DNA of 62,442 nucleotides, counting the filler, from Choristocarpus tenellus KU-1152 (lineage: Eukaryota; Protista; Phaeophyceae), in NCBI GenBank assembly GCA_964200185.2. It is 6 parts of 6 records of this genome, joined end to end, with 100 filler letters (N's around TTAATTAATTAA, not from the genome) between each part and the next. Parts side by side here need not be neighbours in the genome. Positions count along the whole stretch, not along the records: positions 23,675 to 53,135 come from CAXNAD020000108.1; 5 more parts are not named here. One strand, given 5' to 3'. Of the stretch, positions 24,313 through 37,000 are shown piece after piece; the stretch's first letter is position 1, and each line of letters starts with the position of its first letter. Position numbers and translations under genes: made by a program. The notes below the pieces were generated by a model that ran no database searches, was not told the DNA's origin, and was given only the letters and a program-made list of their open reading frames with translations.

Positions 24313-27300
24313 CTCATCTCTTGCTCTCACTCCCCTCAGTCTTATCAGGTACCGCCTTCCAGGGGCGAGATGTTTGAACTCAAAGGTGCGAGGACACTGC
24401 CCTGGTAACCTCTTCCGAACTTTGTGGGCTCGAGCAGTGAGGGTATCAACCAGCACCACCTCAACATGTCCTCTACGATCCACCTCCATTAGGACCACTG
24501 CCGATGTGGGGCCAACTCGTCCCACCACAGGGCCTACTACCACACCCACTAGACAGGAAGGTGAGGTTTGCGAAGTAGACCCTAACCCTAACCCTTCAGG
24601 ACCCTTATTCCCCCCGCCATCACATAGAGTTGTTTGCTCGCCTGTCCTGTGGATATCGACTTCGCTGTATTTTTTGTAGTGATATCCCTGCCCCAACCCC
24701 AGCCCCAAACTTGTGTTATCTGTACAGGCGGATACAAATCTAGGAGAAATGAAGCCAGACTTGGTGTCAATCCTCAGTGACACCCCAGCTACAACATTGC
24801 CCCCTTTACCGCCAGAAGGAGTTGGTGGCAAATTGTAGCTGTGATTAACACGGTAGTGTCCAACATATTCACTTGCCAAGAAATCGTTTCCTATCTTTGC
24901 GGCACTTCTTGGTGTTTGCTTAGTTTCAGAAGCTGTTGAAAAAGCAGCTGAACTCTTCATGTTATTCCATCTTCCAGTCTGCTCCATCCCCTCACTACTA
25001 CTGACCATCACCTGGAGGATGCTAGGGGTTGTATCATCTGTTTCCGTTCTTGTGCTCTTGAACTCACTACTCTCAGACTCTCCCCTGGACACATTCTTGT
25101 GCCCATCCCCATCCCTACCCTCGATGCCGTTCTCTTCACAGCCCTCGAGACCACTTGCAGCTTTGTCATAAGTTTGTTCAAACACCGTAGAGACAATTGG
25201 CGCCCCACTGCCTCCACCCACACAGACCAAAATTATTTCCCTGGGGGCTTCCCCAAGATCTTTTCCCTCTCGCTTCCAGTGGAAGAGGGCATTCAGCGTG
25301 ACCTCCACCTTGGATAAGTGTCCATCTCCCCCTAGCCCTCTCAAACTCAATTCCGGACTGGCCTTGACTTCCTGTCTGTATCCAACAGTACTGACCTCTC
25401 CCGATATGTTTCCTACCTCTGCCTCTCCCATGACTACATTTTGGACCTCTACTTTTGCTGTGTGCACCTGCCCTTGTTCTACTGGACTTGATATTGTCTG
25501 AACTTCAGGGTCGCCGTCACTCAACACCAATACCTTGTCTCTGTTCAGCAAGAACTGCAGCGATGAAGCAATGAGGGATGAAGCTGTGAGTCCATGCTCA
25601 CTCATGAAGGACTGTAAGACCACAAGTCTTTCGCCACTACTCATTGTCTTCCTCGCACCCCCTTCCGTTCGGGGAGGGGGAGGGGAAGCTTTGAACAGAA
25701 ATTTCTCAACCTCTACTCTTCCAACACAAGAGTGACGGCCGATTTTGTGCTCACCAATCACCTCTGTTGCACCCCCTCTCTCCTGGAGGGGGGGACGATT
25801 CAGTGGAGACTTTGCCACCTCCACTCTTCCAGCACAAGAGTGGCGGCGAGTTAATGAAACTGTTCCTTGTTTCAACTTTTTCACGTTCTTTGCTCTTTGG
25901 CTCAGCTCTCCCGCCCCCTGCATGCTGTGGGAAGGGGGCACTATCCTTGCCTCTAATGAGCGGTACCCTCCCCAGGCATCGCGAACAGGGAATGCTACTG
26001 TCTTACTGATCGAAAGATCCCAGATTGATTCAAGGCCTAGTTTTGACATCCCGACTTCTTCACTTCTCTCTATCTCCACAATGCCTGCAGCAGTGGTGGG
26101 TGAGGGTTGGGATGTTGGCCCTGTACCTATCTCTGCTTTGACCCCGGACTCTGGTGCTGGTCTCTTGAACACTAACCCACACTCGATAAGACTTGCTTCA
26201 TTGCGGACAGTTCCTGTGCCCACCTCACCATCACCATCACCATCACCACGGGTTGACACACCTGCACTACCTGTAGGTACTGCATCTGCCGTTGATAAAG
26301 TGAGTGTAATTGCCGTATCTCTATGTTCAATGTCGTTGCTCTTGTCTTTCATTGAAGCCTCCCCTCCCTCAATATGATCTTTACTCCCAATAGCTTCCTC
26401 ACCGAAAGTAATATCATTTGCTGTCAGAACTTGCTTGCCTCTCTCGCTCTCCTTGACCACTGTTAGGTCTTTCCCTGCTATCCTGTGTTTCCCTTGTCTG
26501 CCCTGCAAAGATATTGAATGTGGTCGTGACCCCACAGCAGGCATTCCTCCACCATCAATAGATGGCACAAGCAGTGGGGATTCCAACAAAATGACAGCCG
26601 TGACACCGTCTTGTGCCCTATAAATTGAGTCTATTTTCCTTTGCCTGGCAAGCCCTGCAGCTGCAACACTCATCCGCCCTGCAAGATCACTCAAGCACTC
26701 CTCCACTCCACAGGGCACCTGTGCAGCACTCCAAATGGCTTCACCTCCAACTTTTTCCCCTATTGGATGTTCCTGATCGCTTTCCTTACTTTTTGCTACT
26801 TCATCATCGCCAATCACTTCAACAATGCCATTCCCGGTTTCACTGTCCTTACCCTCCTCACCCACCTTACTTCTCTTTCACCCTTCACTACCTCGCCCCT
26901 CGCCCCCCCNNNNNNNNNNAACAAAAAACACCATGATCCCACAGATCTTACATGTTCTTCGTACAAAGAGAGTGCCTGTATCCCCTGGTTGCGCGGCTTT
27001 CCCATTGCTTGGGTCAATGAGTCCCCCCCACACATTCCTGGAGCCCAAACTTCCCCCCTTGCACACACACCTCTTCACTGGGGTTTGATCCGCTAATGGT
27101 TTGATTTGATTGGCCTCTTAATGACAACAAAAAACACCATGATCCCACAGAAATTACATTTTCTTCATACAAAGAGTTTTCCTGGATGCCCTGGTTGTGC
27201 GGCTTTCCCATTGCTTGGGTCAATGAGTCCCCCCCACACATTCCTGGAGCCCAAATATAAGTGTATAGAGCTGAAGAAATGGCAGTGTGGATTATCACTT

Positions 27301-30102
27301 TGTGATTTTTGTCCTTACACAATAGTTCGCCCTGAGAGCGCATTAGGCAAGAATGGCACAACAGCGTGCGAAGATGTGGTTTTATCAGTGGTTTGTCTTG
27401 GTACATGGGCATTCTCACAGCTCGAGGTCAACACAACTGCCTTCTGGAATGCTAAGGTCATGCCAAGAACACAATCACTGATTCTTGACGGAATGTTGCT
27501 GAAGGGATACATCCACTCATGCTAGGTTTGTGTTCGACTTGCTACACTCTTTGAAGTATTTTGAGCAGGGATCAGCTTTATTTGTATGCGCTCACTCAGT
27601 AACCTGATGGCCCAGTCGTGTTGTGGGAAACTACTAAGCAGTGGGACCATTATGGTAGATTAGGATCTCAATTGAGAGGACAAGAAGATGGACATTACTA
27701 TGGAGAGTTTGAGCGGCACTGTTTCTAATCAGCACTTAAAAAGAATGGGGGGTGACGTTGTCCTGTGGTCGCTGTTTACTCCTTTTCACCTAAAATTCCT
27801 GAGTTACGAGCACTAGTATTGAATACTCAAGATGGCACAAAGGCTAGCAGCCACAATGGCAGATGGAATTTTAGGTGCGATATAATAGACGAATGAGGAG
27901 GAATGCCAAGTGTTGTGGAGATAGTCTTCAACAGGGCTCTTTACCTTGTGTGCGAATTTTCAAGCACTGGAGAGTATCTTCAAACTCCTGTTGAACAAGA
28001 AAAAAAAATGTCCATTCGCTCAATTTCTCACCTCCTCCACCCCAAGCCAAGGATCAACGGTTCCAAGCACTCTGTGAGCTGGAGTCCTTCCTGAAAGAGC
28101 TGCTGCGCAAGGTCTGAAAAAACGCCACAAAAGAGATCGCACAGCGTTGTATGCCTCCCTCTTCACCCATTGCTCTGTCTCTTTGAGGATATCCCTACCT
28201 TCGGATCCTTGACTCTCTTCCAGCATCTGAAAACATCGTCTCACCATACCCGGTGCGACGAAGCAGGGGTTATAGTGCACCACAATATCCACACTCCCGG
28301 GTTTAAGCCCTGCACCCTGCTGTTCCTCTGGTTTCTCAATAGACCAATTCCTTGTTTGCGACTGTTGTTTATTTGAGGACTCTGATGCCTCTAGCAACTT
28401 CTCTACATCTTGTCCAGAAAACCCATCCTGAAATAGGGACGAAGGAGCAATTTTTTCCTCTATGCCTTTCCTATCATCCAGTTTCTTCCCCTTTGATATA
28501 TCTGTATGTGGAACAATAGATTTACCGCTAGCTTCCAAGGAAATATATTCCCTGCCTAAGATCACAATCACAGCACCATCCTCACCCACAAAAGGTTCAT
28601 GCTCTTGATGGTTGGTCCTTTCATCGTGAATGGTATCAGTGGGCCCAGGGCAAGATGATTTTATGGATGAGGTATCCAGCATGGTTGCACCCGTGTCTTC
28701 TGCATTGCACCCCACCACTCTTCTTTTTTCAACTTTCTCATCTGTTCCCCACCCTTTGGTGACAATGCTCACGTGAGTCCTGTCCAAAGGTACCCTACAC
28801 TTCTTACAGGCTGGCAGTGTCCTGAACTGCACCCTCTTACAGCATTGGTGCTCCCTTCGACCCACACCCCATCCTACATTCCCGGTCCTTACAAAGTTTG
28901 CTGCCCTCCTCCACATAAGTTGAACCCTGTATTCAGTACCTGCCCAAAGCCCAGACACCTTCAAGGCTGTAGGCTTCCCCAGTCCACCAAGGGAGACGGG
29001 AGTAGCATCTACGGGGTAAAAGTAGCATCCATCCCGTCTCTCCACAACAACTACGACCCCGCTTGAGCATGTGCCTTCGACCGATATCAATGCTCTGTGT
29101 GACTGGATGTCAGTCAAAAATGGTGGAAGCACCAATGACAGGTTACTAATTCCGGTTTCAACAAGTAGCATTGGCACCCTTTGAGACATGATATGGCTTG
29201 TTTCGAGATCAGATCCTGTTCCTGTAGATGCTTCTGGTGATTCATGTTTACCCATAGATTGTAGATGGCACTTGTTTTTAATAAGGTACCTCGAATTTAG
29301 AAAGCATAACTTGTTCCCTACAGTGTCAATGACCCGACTGAGTCTATGGGCAAGCGCCAACACTTCCATCACATGCAAGGGTTCTTGTTGGGTCATGGCC
29401 CAACTTTTAAACTCTGGGAGGGCAAGTTCGTCATTTGTCAGGCCTTCATTGTCTGTAAATGCTTTGCCCGCAATAAATGCCGCGTGATCAAATGTTGGTT
29501 TTGACACCAACCCCAACTTCGCGAGGGTGTTACCACAGGAAGATATCAGGGCCCCGAGGTCGTCCTCTGCAAGTGTACCAGTGCCCCCCACATCGAACAA
29601 TGAGTGAAGGAAAGAAATTTTGCGATCCAAGGACCCCCTACATGCCAGAACTAGGCCGGAGAAGAGTTCTAGAACGTCGACGCGTGGACCAGGGTGCACA
29701 CCATGCGCTCTGGACCAGGTGTTGGTATGTGGGGGATACCTTGCGAAGAGGTCGAAGGCTCTGTCGACAAGTGCGCAGGGAAGAGCGTCTCCTTCTCTTT
29801 TGCGGAGGATGGCTCGTGTCCTCTCAATGGTAAGGGCGTACTTGTCCACTGTTAATACTCTTCCAACAAGGTGATCCCATTTTCTGGCCACACACAAAGC
29901 GTTTGATTGACAGACAGATATTCAGCACATTTGGGATCGACAGTGGGTGCAAAGAGTTGAAAAGAAAAAATAAGACTCACCTGAACCTCGCAAGAGCACC
30001 TTCAAGATAATCCACAGTAAAGTACCTGTGGACATCTAGAAGCACGTCCCCCGAGTGGAGCAATTGGTTCACCGCTGCCTCGAGTGCCTTTGAAGGCGAC
30101 AT
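24313..30102 (-). CDS. Large protein with N-terminal calcineurin-B/NCS-like EF-hand region and two FN3-like (PhoD N-terminal-type) domains; 3' part missing
   Basis: ATG 30102; exons 29981-30102, 28032-29883 and ~24313-26865; motifs RGSLDRKISFLHSLFDVGGTGTLAEDDL (EF-hand-like), KVSGLWAGTEYRV and VGPVVGRVGPTSAVVLMEV..FEFKHLAPGRRYLI (FN3/PhoD_N-like); ends at a GTAAGA donor. Confidence 0.7.
26921..27255. repeat. Intronic tandem duplication, ~206-bp period, next to a small gap
   Basis: ACAAAAAACACCATGATCCCACAGA...CACATTCCTGGAGCCCAAA at 26921-27049 and 27127-27255. Confidence 0.9.
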
Positions 30103-31063
30103 ACCTTTTTGTGGAATGGTAATTTCAAAACCTTGTGCAATTCAAATTATTCCCTCCTTGTCATATGTTTCGTCTTCATTGAGGGGAATCAAGTCCTTGT
30201 CTTGGTACGGTTTATTTAATCTTTGTCTAGGAAATCCACCGCATTCTACTTGTAAGCTGTAGCTGTCGTAGTAGGTACACGCAACTGGGACCTATGGTTA
30301 CGTGCGAACTTAGGTATTATATATGGATCTAAATCTTTCCCCTTCTGCATAGGAACGCCTTCTAGGCATGAAACCCTGGAACTAAACTTTGTGTGGTGAG
30401 AGGTTGCACCACACTCTCATTATTTACCCTGGTCACCAATCTGTCCCAAAATCACTTCTCAAAACATGAAGATAGTTCAGTGATTGCTACTGAAGGAGTC
30501 GACTGATCCTTCTTGTGGTATCTAGCCTTCTTACACTCGACCAACGATAAGCTATAGGTGCGCAATGGGCAAGTGTGCAATGACTTTTGAATTGACATTA
30601 TCTTCTTGTATGTCCTCACACCCGCACACTACGGGATGTCCATATTGCACCGATCCTTTCCAGCCCTTTGCCCAACAATAGCTTACAACTTCCGAGGCAC
30701 CATAGAAAGGCAATGGAATGAATGTGTACGAGGTGCTGATATAGACGATGATTAACCACATTATTTGTTGAATGATTCCTCACGCCATGTTCCCCGCTAA
30801 GTCCTTTTCCCGAATGGACATCGCCTCTGTCACTTCTCTTGATATTTTTGTGTTTATCCATCCGGTGTTGACTTCGTTCGGTTTCTATATTGCTCCCACA
30901 ACCATGATAGGTCAGTGAAAGCATACCTCATCCACACACCCTGTTCCTGCCCCGACATTACTGAGGAACGATCTGAAATCCATTCTATGTAACCTTCTAA
31001 CATTGAAATGCATTGAAATACGCGGGCTCCGTGATTGCTTTCCTTCAAGAACTGCTTTTCTAC

Positions 31064-34000
31064 ATGACAGACCAAGAACTCTTTCCACGTGGGAAGGGAA
31101 CAGCTGATGCCAAGAAGCACGGAAAGAGCCACCATGCAGCCGACAAGACTCCAAGAGAAGACATCAAGGGATTCAAGCGAAAATCACCTGGCAAAGTCCC
31201 CAACGCTGGTGCGGAGAAGGAATGGCTATTTGGCGGTCATCCAACTAAGACTACCACCAACGTGAAACGATCCCGTACCAGTGAGGGTGGAGGAGAGGTG
31301 GATGACCACCGTTCCAACAATGACAGGGTATGTTTTCCATCCTCCAGCTTTACTATTCTTGTGGAATGCTCTTTTTAATGTATCTTTAGAGCAGTCCTTC
31401 TAATTGGTGGCCTTGACATACCTTAACTGCATGTCTGAGCATCAGTCAAATAGGTCAGTGAGAGTGTAAGTAGCAAACATGCATATCTGTTTGTACCCTT
31501 GCCATACATTTCTCCCTGGTATAGGAGAAACAGTAGGAGAAACAGTCCACCTGATCACAGATCCTTCGTCTGAGCACCAATCACTTCACTCTTAACGTTC
31601 CTTCTATCCTGGGCCTCTTCTTACGTACTGTTCTCGTTTCTCTACCACCAACAAAGAACACTGGCAAGGCCATATCTGAAGTGGGGTCTGGAATGATAAA
31701 ACATAGGGGTCTTCATCCCCGCCTGGAGATGGTCTCCTTCAAGAAACTGACGAAGGGTACTCTGACTTTGGGGGTTGTGTATAAGGTGTGCAAACCCCCA
31801 TTAACCCTCTGGAGTCGGACTCTGTCGTCGGACTATGCATTCAAGAAATCCTTTTGTTTGTAGTTTATGTCAGTCTACGCACTTGATATCAGAAAATTTA
31901 CGTACCCCACACAGAATATTAAGAATGGGTCCTGTCAAGTAGGATATTTGCACCTTCAGATCCTGAATACTTGCAGATGAAGCATGTAATACTATGCTGA
32001 CCTTGATAGGTGTTGTATATTTTTTGTGTGCTGACTTTGAAGGGGTTGAAATGTCGAGTTCATGTCCAACTTATGAAATAATTGTGTATTCACATACTCT
32101 GTCCTTTCATTCTTCCACTTTCCTGATAAACTAATGTCCAAGCATTCATAGTCTTTCCCAGGCACCAACTTAAATTTTTACCCTCAAATCATCTACTACT
32201 GCAATGTTTCTTGCTGTGGCTCTCTTCTTCTACTAGTAGGTACATCATGGTGGGGAGTTACTTTTGTTACAAATCCCTGAACATGTGATAAATGAGGGTG
32301 AATACACTTCCTGACACTGACTCAATGGATGCACTTCCTATTTTTGTGGACACGATTTTCCTAGGTGTGTGAGCATGATATGGTGGTGTCACTGCCCAGC
32401 AGCCTCTCGGGTGTTGTGCGCCGGAGCGAAGTCAGTGACTATATGTATAACAGGGCCATGACGAAGTTCACAGCTCACAGTGGAGTTGCTCAAGTTAAGG
32501 ACAGGTACTGGAACACCTCTGGAGAAGAAGAGGAACCCCTCACAAAGATCTTCAAAGAGGGACAGGTGAATTAATGTAAAATCTGACTTGACCAAGTGTG
32601 GATACATCGTGTTGGGGAACCTTGATGTCTAGTTTCAAGAATGCTTAGGCTCAAGCAATTATTGAGTTTGAACTTGCCATGAAGAGGTGTGGTATCTATG
32701 ATGCAATACTATATTTGCTACTCTCGACCTTTTGGGATGACGACATGAACCACCAAGATCGCTGAGATACCTACACACATCCCTGGTGTGATATTCTAAA
32801 GTGTATTGTTCTTATTTCCTGTTTGTGTACATAGGGCATGTGTGCAGTTGTGGATGTATGTGAGAACCTACCCCATATTTTCCCAATAGTTTTGCAATAT
32901 CCCTATGCTCCCAATGATCCCTCATAACATTGTTAAAAGCAACCTCATTTCCCTACTCTTGATGAATGCTGGTCAGGTTGTACGGTGTGCGATTTTGTCC
33001 CTTGTGAAGGACTTCAATGGTCGCCACATTGAGCTCTCTCTGCGTGCCTCGGTGGTCAATAAGGGTCTGTCCCTTACACAACTCACACAAGGATCTAGCA
33101 TCTACGGCGCTGTAGGAAGCTGTGAAGACCATGGCTATGTTATTTCATTGGGTCTTGAGGGTGTGACTGCATTTTTACCCCTTAAAAATGCACCTCCAGA
33201 AGGGTTGGTGCCTGGTCAGCCTTTAGAAGCGGTTATTGAGGTGAGAAGTGTGTTGTATTTGTAAGAATATGGAGTGGAAGGAACGGAAACATAGGAGAAA
33301 CACACCTTAACATGACATTTTTTCCATTTGCCTGCTGCCAAGGTACTTGCAATGTGTGTACTTAGGGTTAGAGTTAGGGGTACTCTTTTCGATAACATTC
33401 TTACTCCAACCCTTATTGTAACCTTAACACTTTAACCCCCTCAACTCACTTGTGTGATAGCATTAAACTATGCCTACACCTTCTGCCAGCACCCCTTGTG
33501 AACTGGAAAAATCTGAACTTGCACCTTTCTCTTGTCACGCCTTCTGACACACTACAGAACCCTTCCGTGCACGCAGTCGGTTAAGGTTGCGGCGCGTACT
33601 TTGACCCTGTCTGTGGATCCATTGGCAGTGTCAACTGCAGTGACGACAGGTGCTTCTTTCAATCTGCGTTCTTTAAAACCGGGCATGTTGGTGAAAACCA
33701 CTGTGGATACTGTGCTTCCTAATGGTCTTCTGGTGAGTTGAGGCTTGATGTGACATTCAACTAGGATAGATGTATGGTCTTCCGCTTGGTCAGTGAATAT
33801 CTGTTCTTTCAGACTATTTGTAAGATGGAGCCCTCACAGGCTGGATCGAACCGGCTTACGATTCTGTATAGGAGGAAACTATGGTTACTAGAGAGGTTTT
33901 GATTGATTCGATTGTTGTATAGGAGATACAGTGAAAATGCCTTGTAGGCACTTGAAGGGAGTCCTTGAGTTTTATTGAGGAATTAATAATGCAGTTGTTT

Positions 34001-37000
34001 ATGAACAGTAGATGTGTTTTCTGCATGTCAATGACATAAATGACTGCAAAATGATGACTTCAGGTTAACTTTCTGGGATACTTCGCTGGATGTGTGGACC
34101 ACAACAATGTACCAGTAATATCAGGGGATACTACTGATCAAGGCGAATGGAAGTCCATGTACAGTCAGGGTATGTCTGTAAAGGCTAGAGTGCTGCTCGT
34201 GGACTACCCTAACAAGGTATCCTTGACACTTTATCAATGACCTTTTTTTTTGGTAACATTTCATGTTCAGGTTGAAGCTACGATGGGTTGTAAGGAAAGG
34301 AAATATGACACTTTCGGAGTTTGATGCATCAACACTGTGGGACAACATTGTAACTATGTGGTGTACGATTTGGTGTGTGAGCGTAGATATTCTAGATTTG
34401 TGTTTGGTTTAGATCAGACCTCTCAGCTGTCCTGTGGAAATAGCATATTTTTGCCCTTGATAAGGAATGAATGGAGTAAGGTATTTGTTTATTCCAAGGA
34501 TATGTATCTGTTCCCTTGTGTTCCCTTGTGTACGACTGTGCTGTACAATAAGAGTGTCCATTCCAATCTATGCTATGAATTGCCCTTAATTGTCTCCCGA
34601 ACAGATTGTGAGGCTTACACTCAGGCGGCATCTGCTGGACATGCGTGGCCCTGAGGGGTTACCCATGGTCGGGACTGTTGTTGATGGAACTGTTACCAGA
34701 ATTGACCCTGGACTAGGTCTCCTTCTCCGTGCTAGGGTGAGTAATTTTGGAAGGATGTCGATTACTTTGTCAACCTTCATGTTAGCATGGAATATAATTT
34801 TTATCTTGGTAGGTTCCTATTGAACGAAATACCTGTATTTATCTTTATTTAGGGATACTTTTTCTATCCAAGTGTTTTGCATCGTTCTTTCCTAGGTAAC
34901 ACCCTTAGCTGAATGATTGTCTTGTGCAGGTATCGGCTCCTAATATTCTTGCTGGTGAGGATACGGATGCTGAGGTTGAAACAAAGACTGTGACAGAGGA
35001 CACATCTTCAAAGAGTGTGGAGTCTGAAAAAGTGATCGGGACTTACGTGCATATCTCACGACTCAGTGATGAGAGAGTGGAGCACGTCGAGAAACTCTAT
35101 AAACTGGGGCAGAAGGTAGAATGTCCATCTGTTCTCTAGATGTACAAAAAGGCCTCCTAAGCTACATGAGTTTTGCTTTAAGACTATTTCGCAGTGGGGT
35201 TTACAAGGTTGCTTGGGAGGTGCAAGATGGAGCATACCAGTGTATACTTTACATCTGGGTTGTTCGTGCTATAGGCGAAGTTGTGGTCATAAGTAATATT
35301 AAAATGTTTTTAAGCACTAGAAATGGTACCCTGAATTGTTAACATTGGCCTTCCAATTTCTGCCCCTGTTTGATGTTGTGTAGGTTCAGTGCCGGATCAC
35401 AGGTTCATCGTTAGTAGAAGGATGGTCAGCAGGGTCTCTGAAGGCTTCGGTCCTTGCAGCGTCTGTCATCAAGTACGCCGACCTCAAACCGGCAATGGCA
35501 GTAGAGGGGGAGATCGTAGCAGTGGAGGCGTTTGGGGTCCTTGTTCGACTTTCAAATGCTGTGCGGGCGCTAGTCACACGCCACCACCTTAGTGAAGCCG
35601 GTGTGAAAAATCCGAAGAAACGCTTCAAGGTGAGGCTGTTAAGATTTCTGAATGTTTGAGTCAGCTCTTTTCAAAAATGCTATTTTTGTGGATCCTGTGT
35701 TGGTACTAATGGTTTCGAGGTTGTAATGTATGTGTGTGGTCATGTTTTGATTCCCCACTGTTCTCACAATACGCCATGATATCAGGGAGCAATCCCCAAC
35801 ATGATAGAAGCAATGATCAACACAATAGAAGCACTCTTCCACATAATAGAAGCAATGATCGTAAAACCTTTGATGTCCCCCCAGTTTAGAGTCTCCACCT
35901 ATCCTTCTTAGTGAATGTGGGGTGTGATGATTCACTGGTTTGAGGTGGCATCCTTGACATGTCCATGAAGACGAACAAGCGACCATACTCTATGAGCTTC
36001 TATTGTTGTGGGTTACGTGCTTTGCCACCATTGACACCATTGACTTGAATACGATTAAAATTCCATGTCCTTGATAATATCTAGAGAATAGTAATGGGTT
36101 GTGTGGGAGTTTACAACCAAGGCGAAACCCTTTGTATTTTCAATGCTGATGAAGGTGGGGTCCATCATCCAAGGAAGAGTGCTCACTGTTGAGTCTGAAG
36201 AGTCCAAGGCTACTCTGACCCTGAAGACCTCACTAGTAAATGATGCAGAACGGCCAATTACCAGCTATGATGAGGTGCGTGTGTGAGCATTCAAGTCAAT
36301 GTGAGGAATGGAGGTTATGTTACAGGCTCGTGAAGAAACTGTGTGTAAGAGCTAGTTTTCCAACAAATACAAGTTCTCTCAAAACTTGCCACTTGATGCT
36401 GTGATGCGTTACATCAATGCAGGCACAAGAAGGTTCAAAGTGTGTTGGTTTTGTGACCAAGATTGCATCATTTGGGCTTCATGTGACGTTCTACAACAGG
36501 GTATATGGATTTCTTCCTGAAAAATCCTTGGCACGACATGGGATTGACAATCCTAGTGAGGCATTTACAGTGGGACAGGTGAACATAACCGGTTTTTTGT
36601 AATGCTTTTTGTATTTGCTACTAGTACTGCTGCATTTTATTCTGACTGTAGTTATGATTGACTTCTAGAAGGTTTTCTCAATATGTTGCTGTCGCCTTAT
36701 CATGATAGGAGTACATATTAACATTTAGGTCAAAGAAGCGATCATAGATCCTGTAGAGCTAACATTTTGCAATTAAAATTTGACATGTAGTACTACCCTT
36801 GTTAACGGAATGAATGCAACCCTGGTCACTCTAGCTCACAAGTACATCTGCTGCCAATGTATTGCTCAACTGTTGGTGCAAGGTGATAAAATGTGTTGTC
36901 CGAGATGTCAATACAAGAATGGATCCGCCAAAACTGAGGCTCGGTCTTGATGTAAGAGGGAAAACTACGAGTGTTGGAGAGGATGGCACACTCGCAGAGG

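Noticed and set aside
22516-26623. Plus-strand ORFs of 60-210 aa
   Set aside because: Antisense shadows of the NEMF and EF-hand gene exons
21202-30102. Fusion of the EF-hand/PhoD-like gene with the NEMF C-terminus
   Set aside because: Same strand but separated by a gap; both genes are truncated there and the NEMF N-terminal domains are absent
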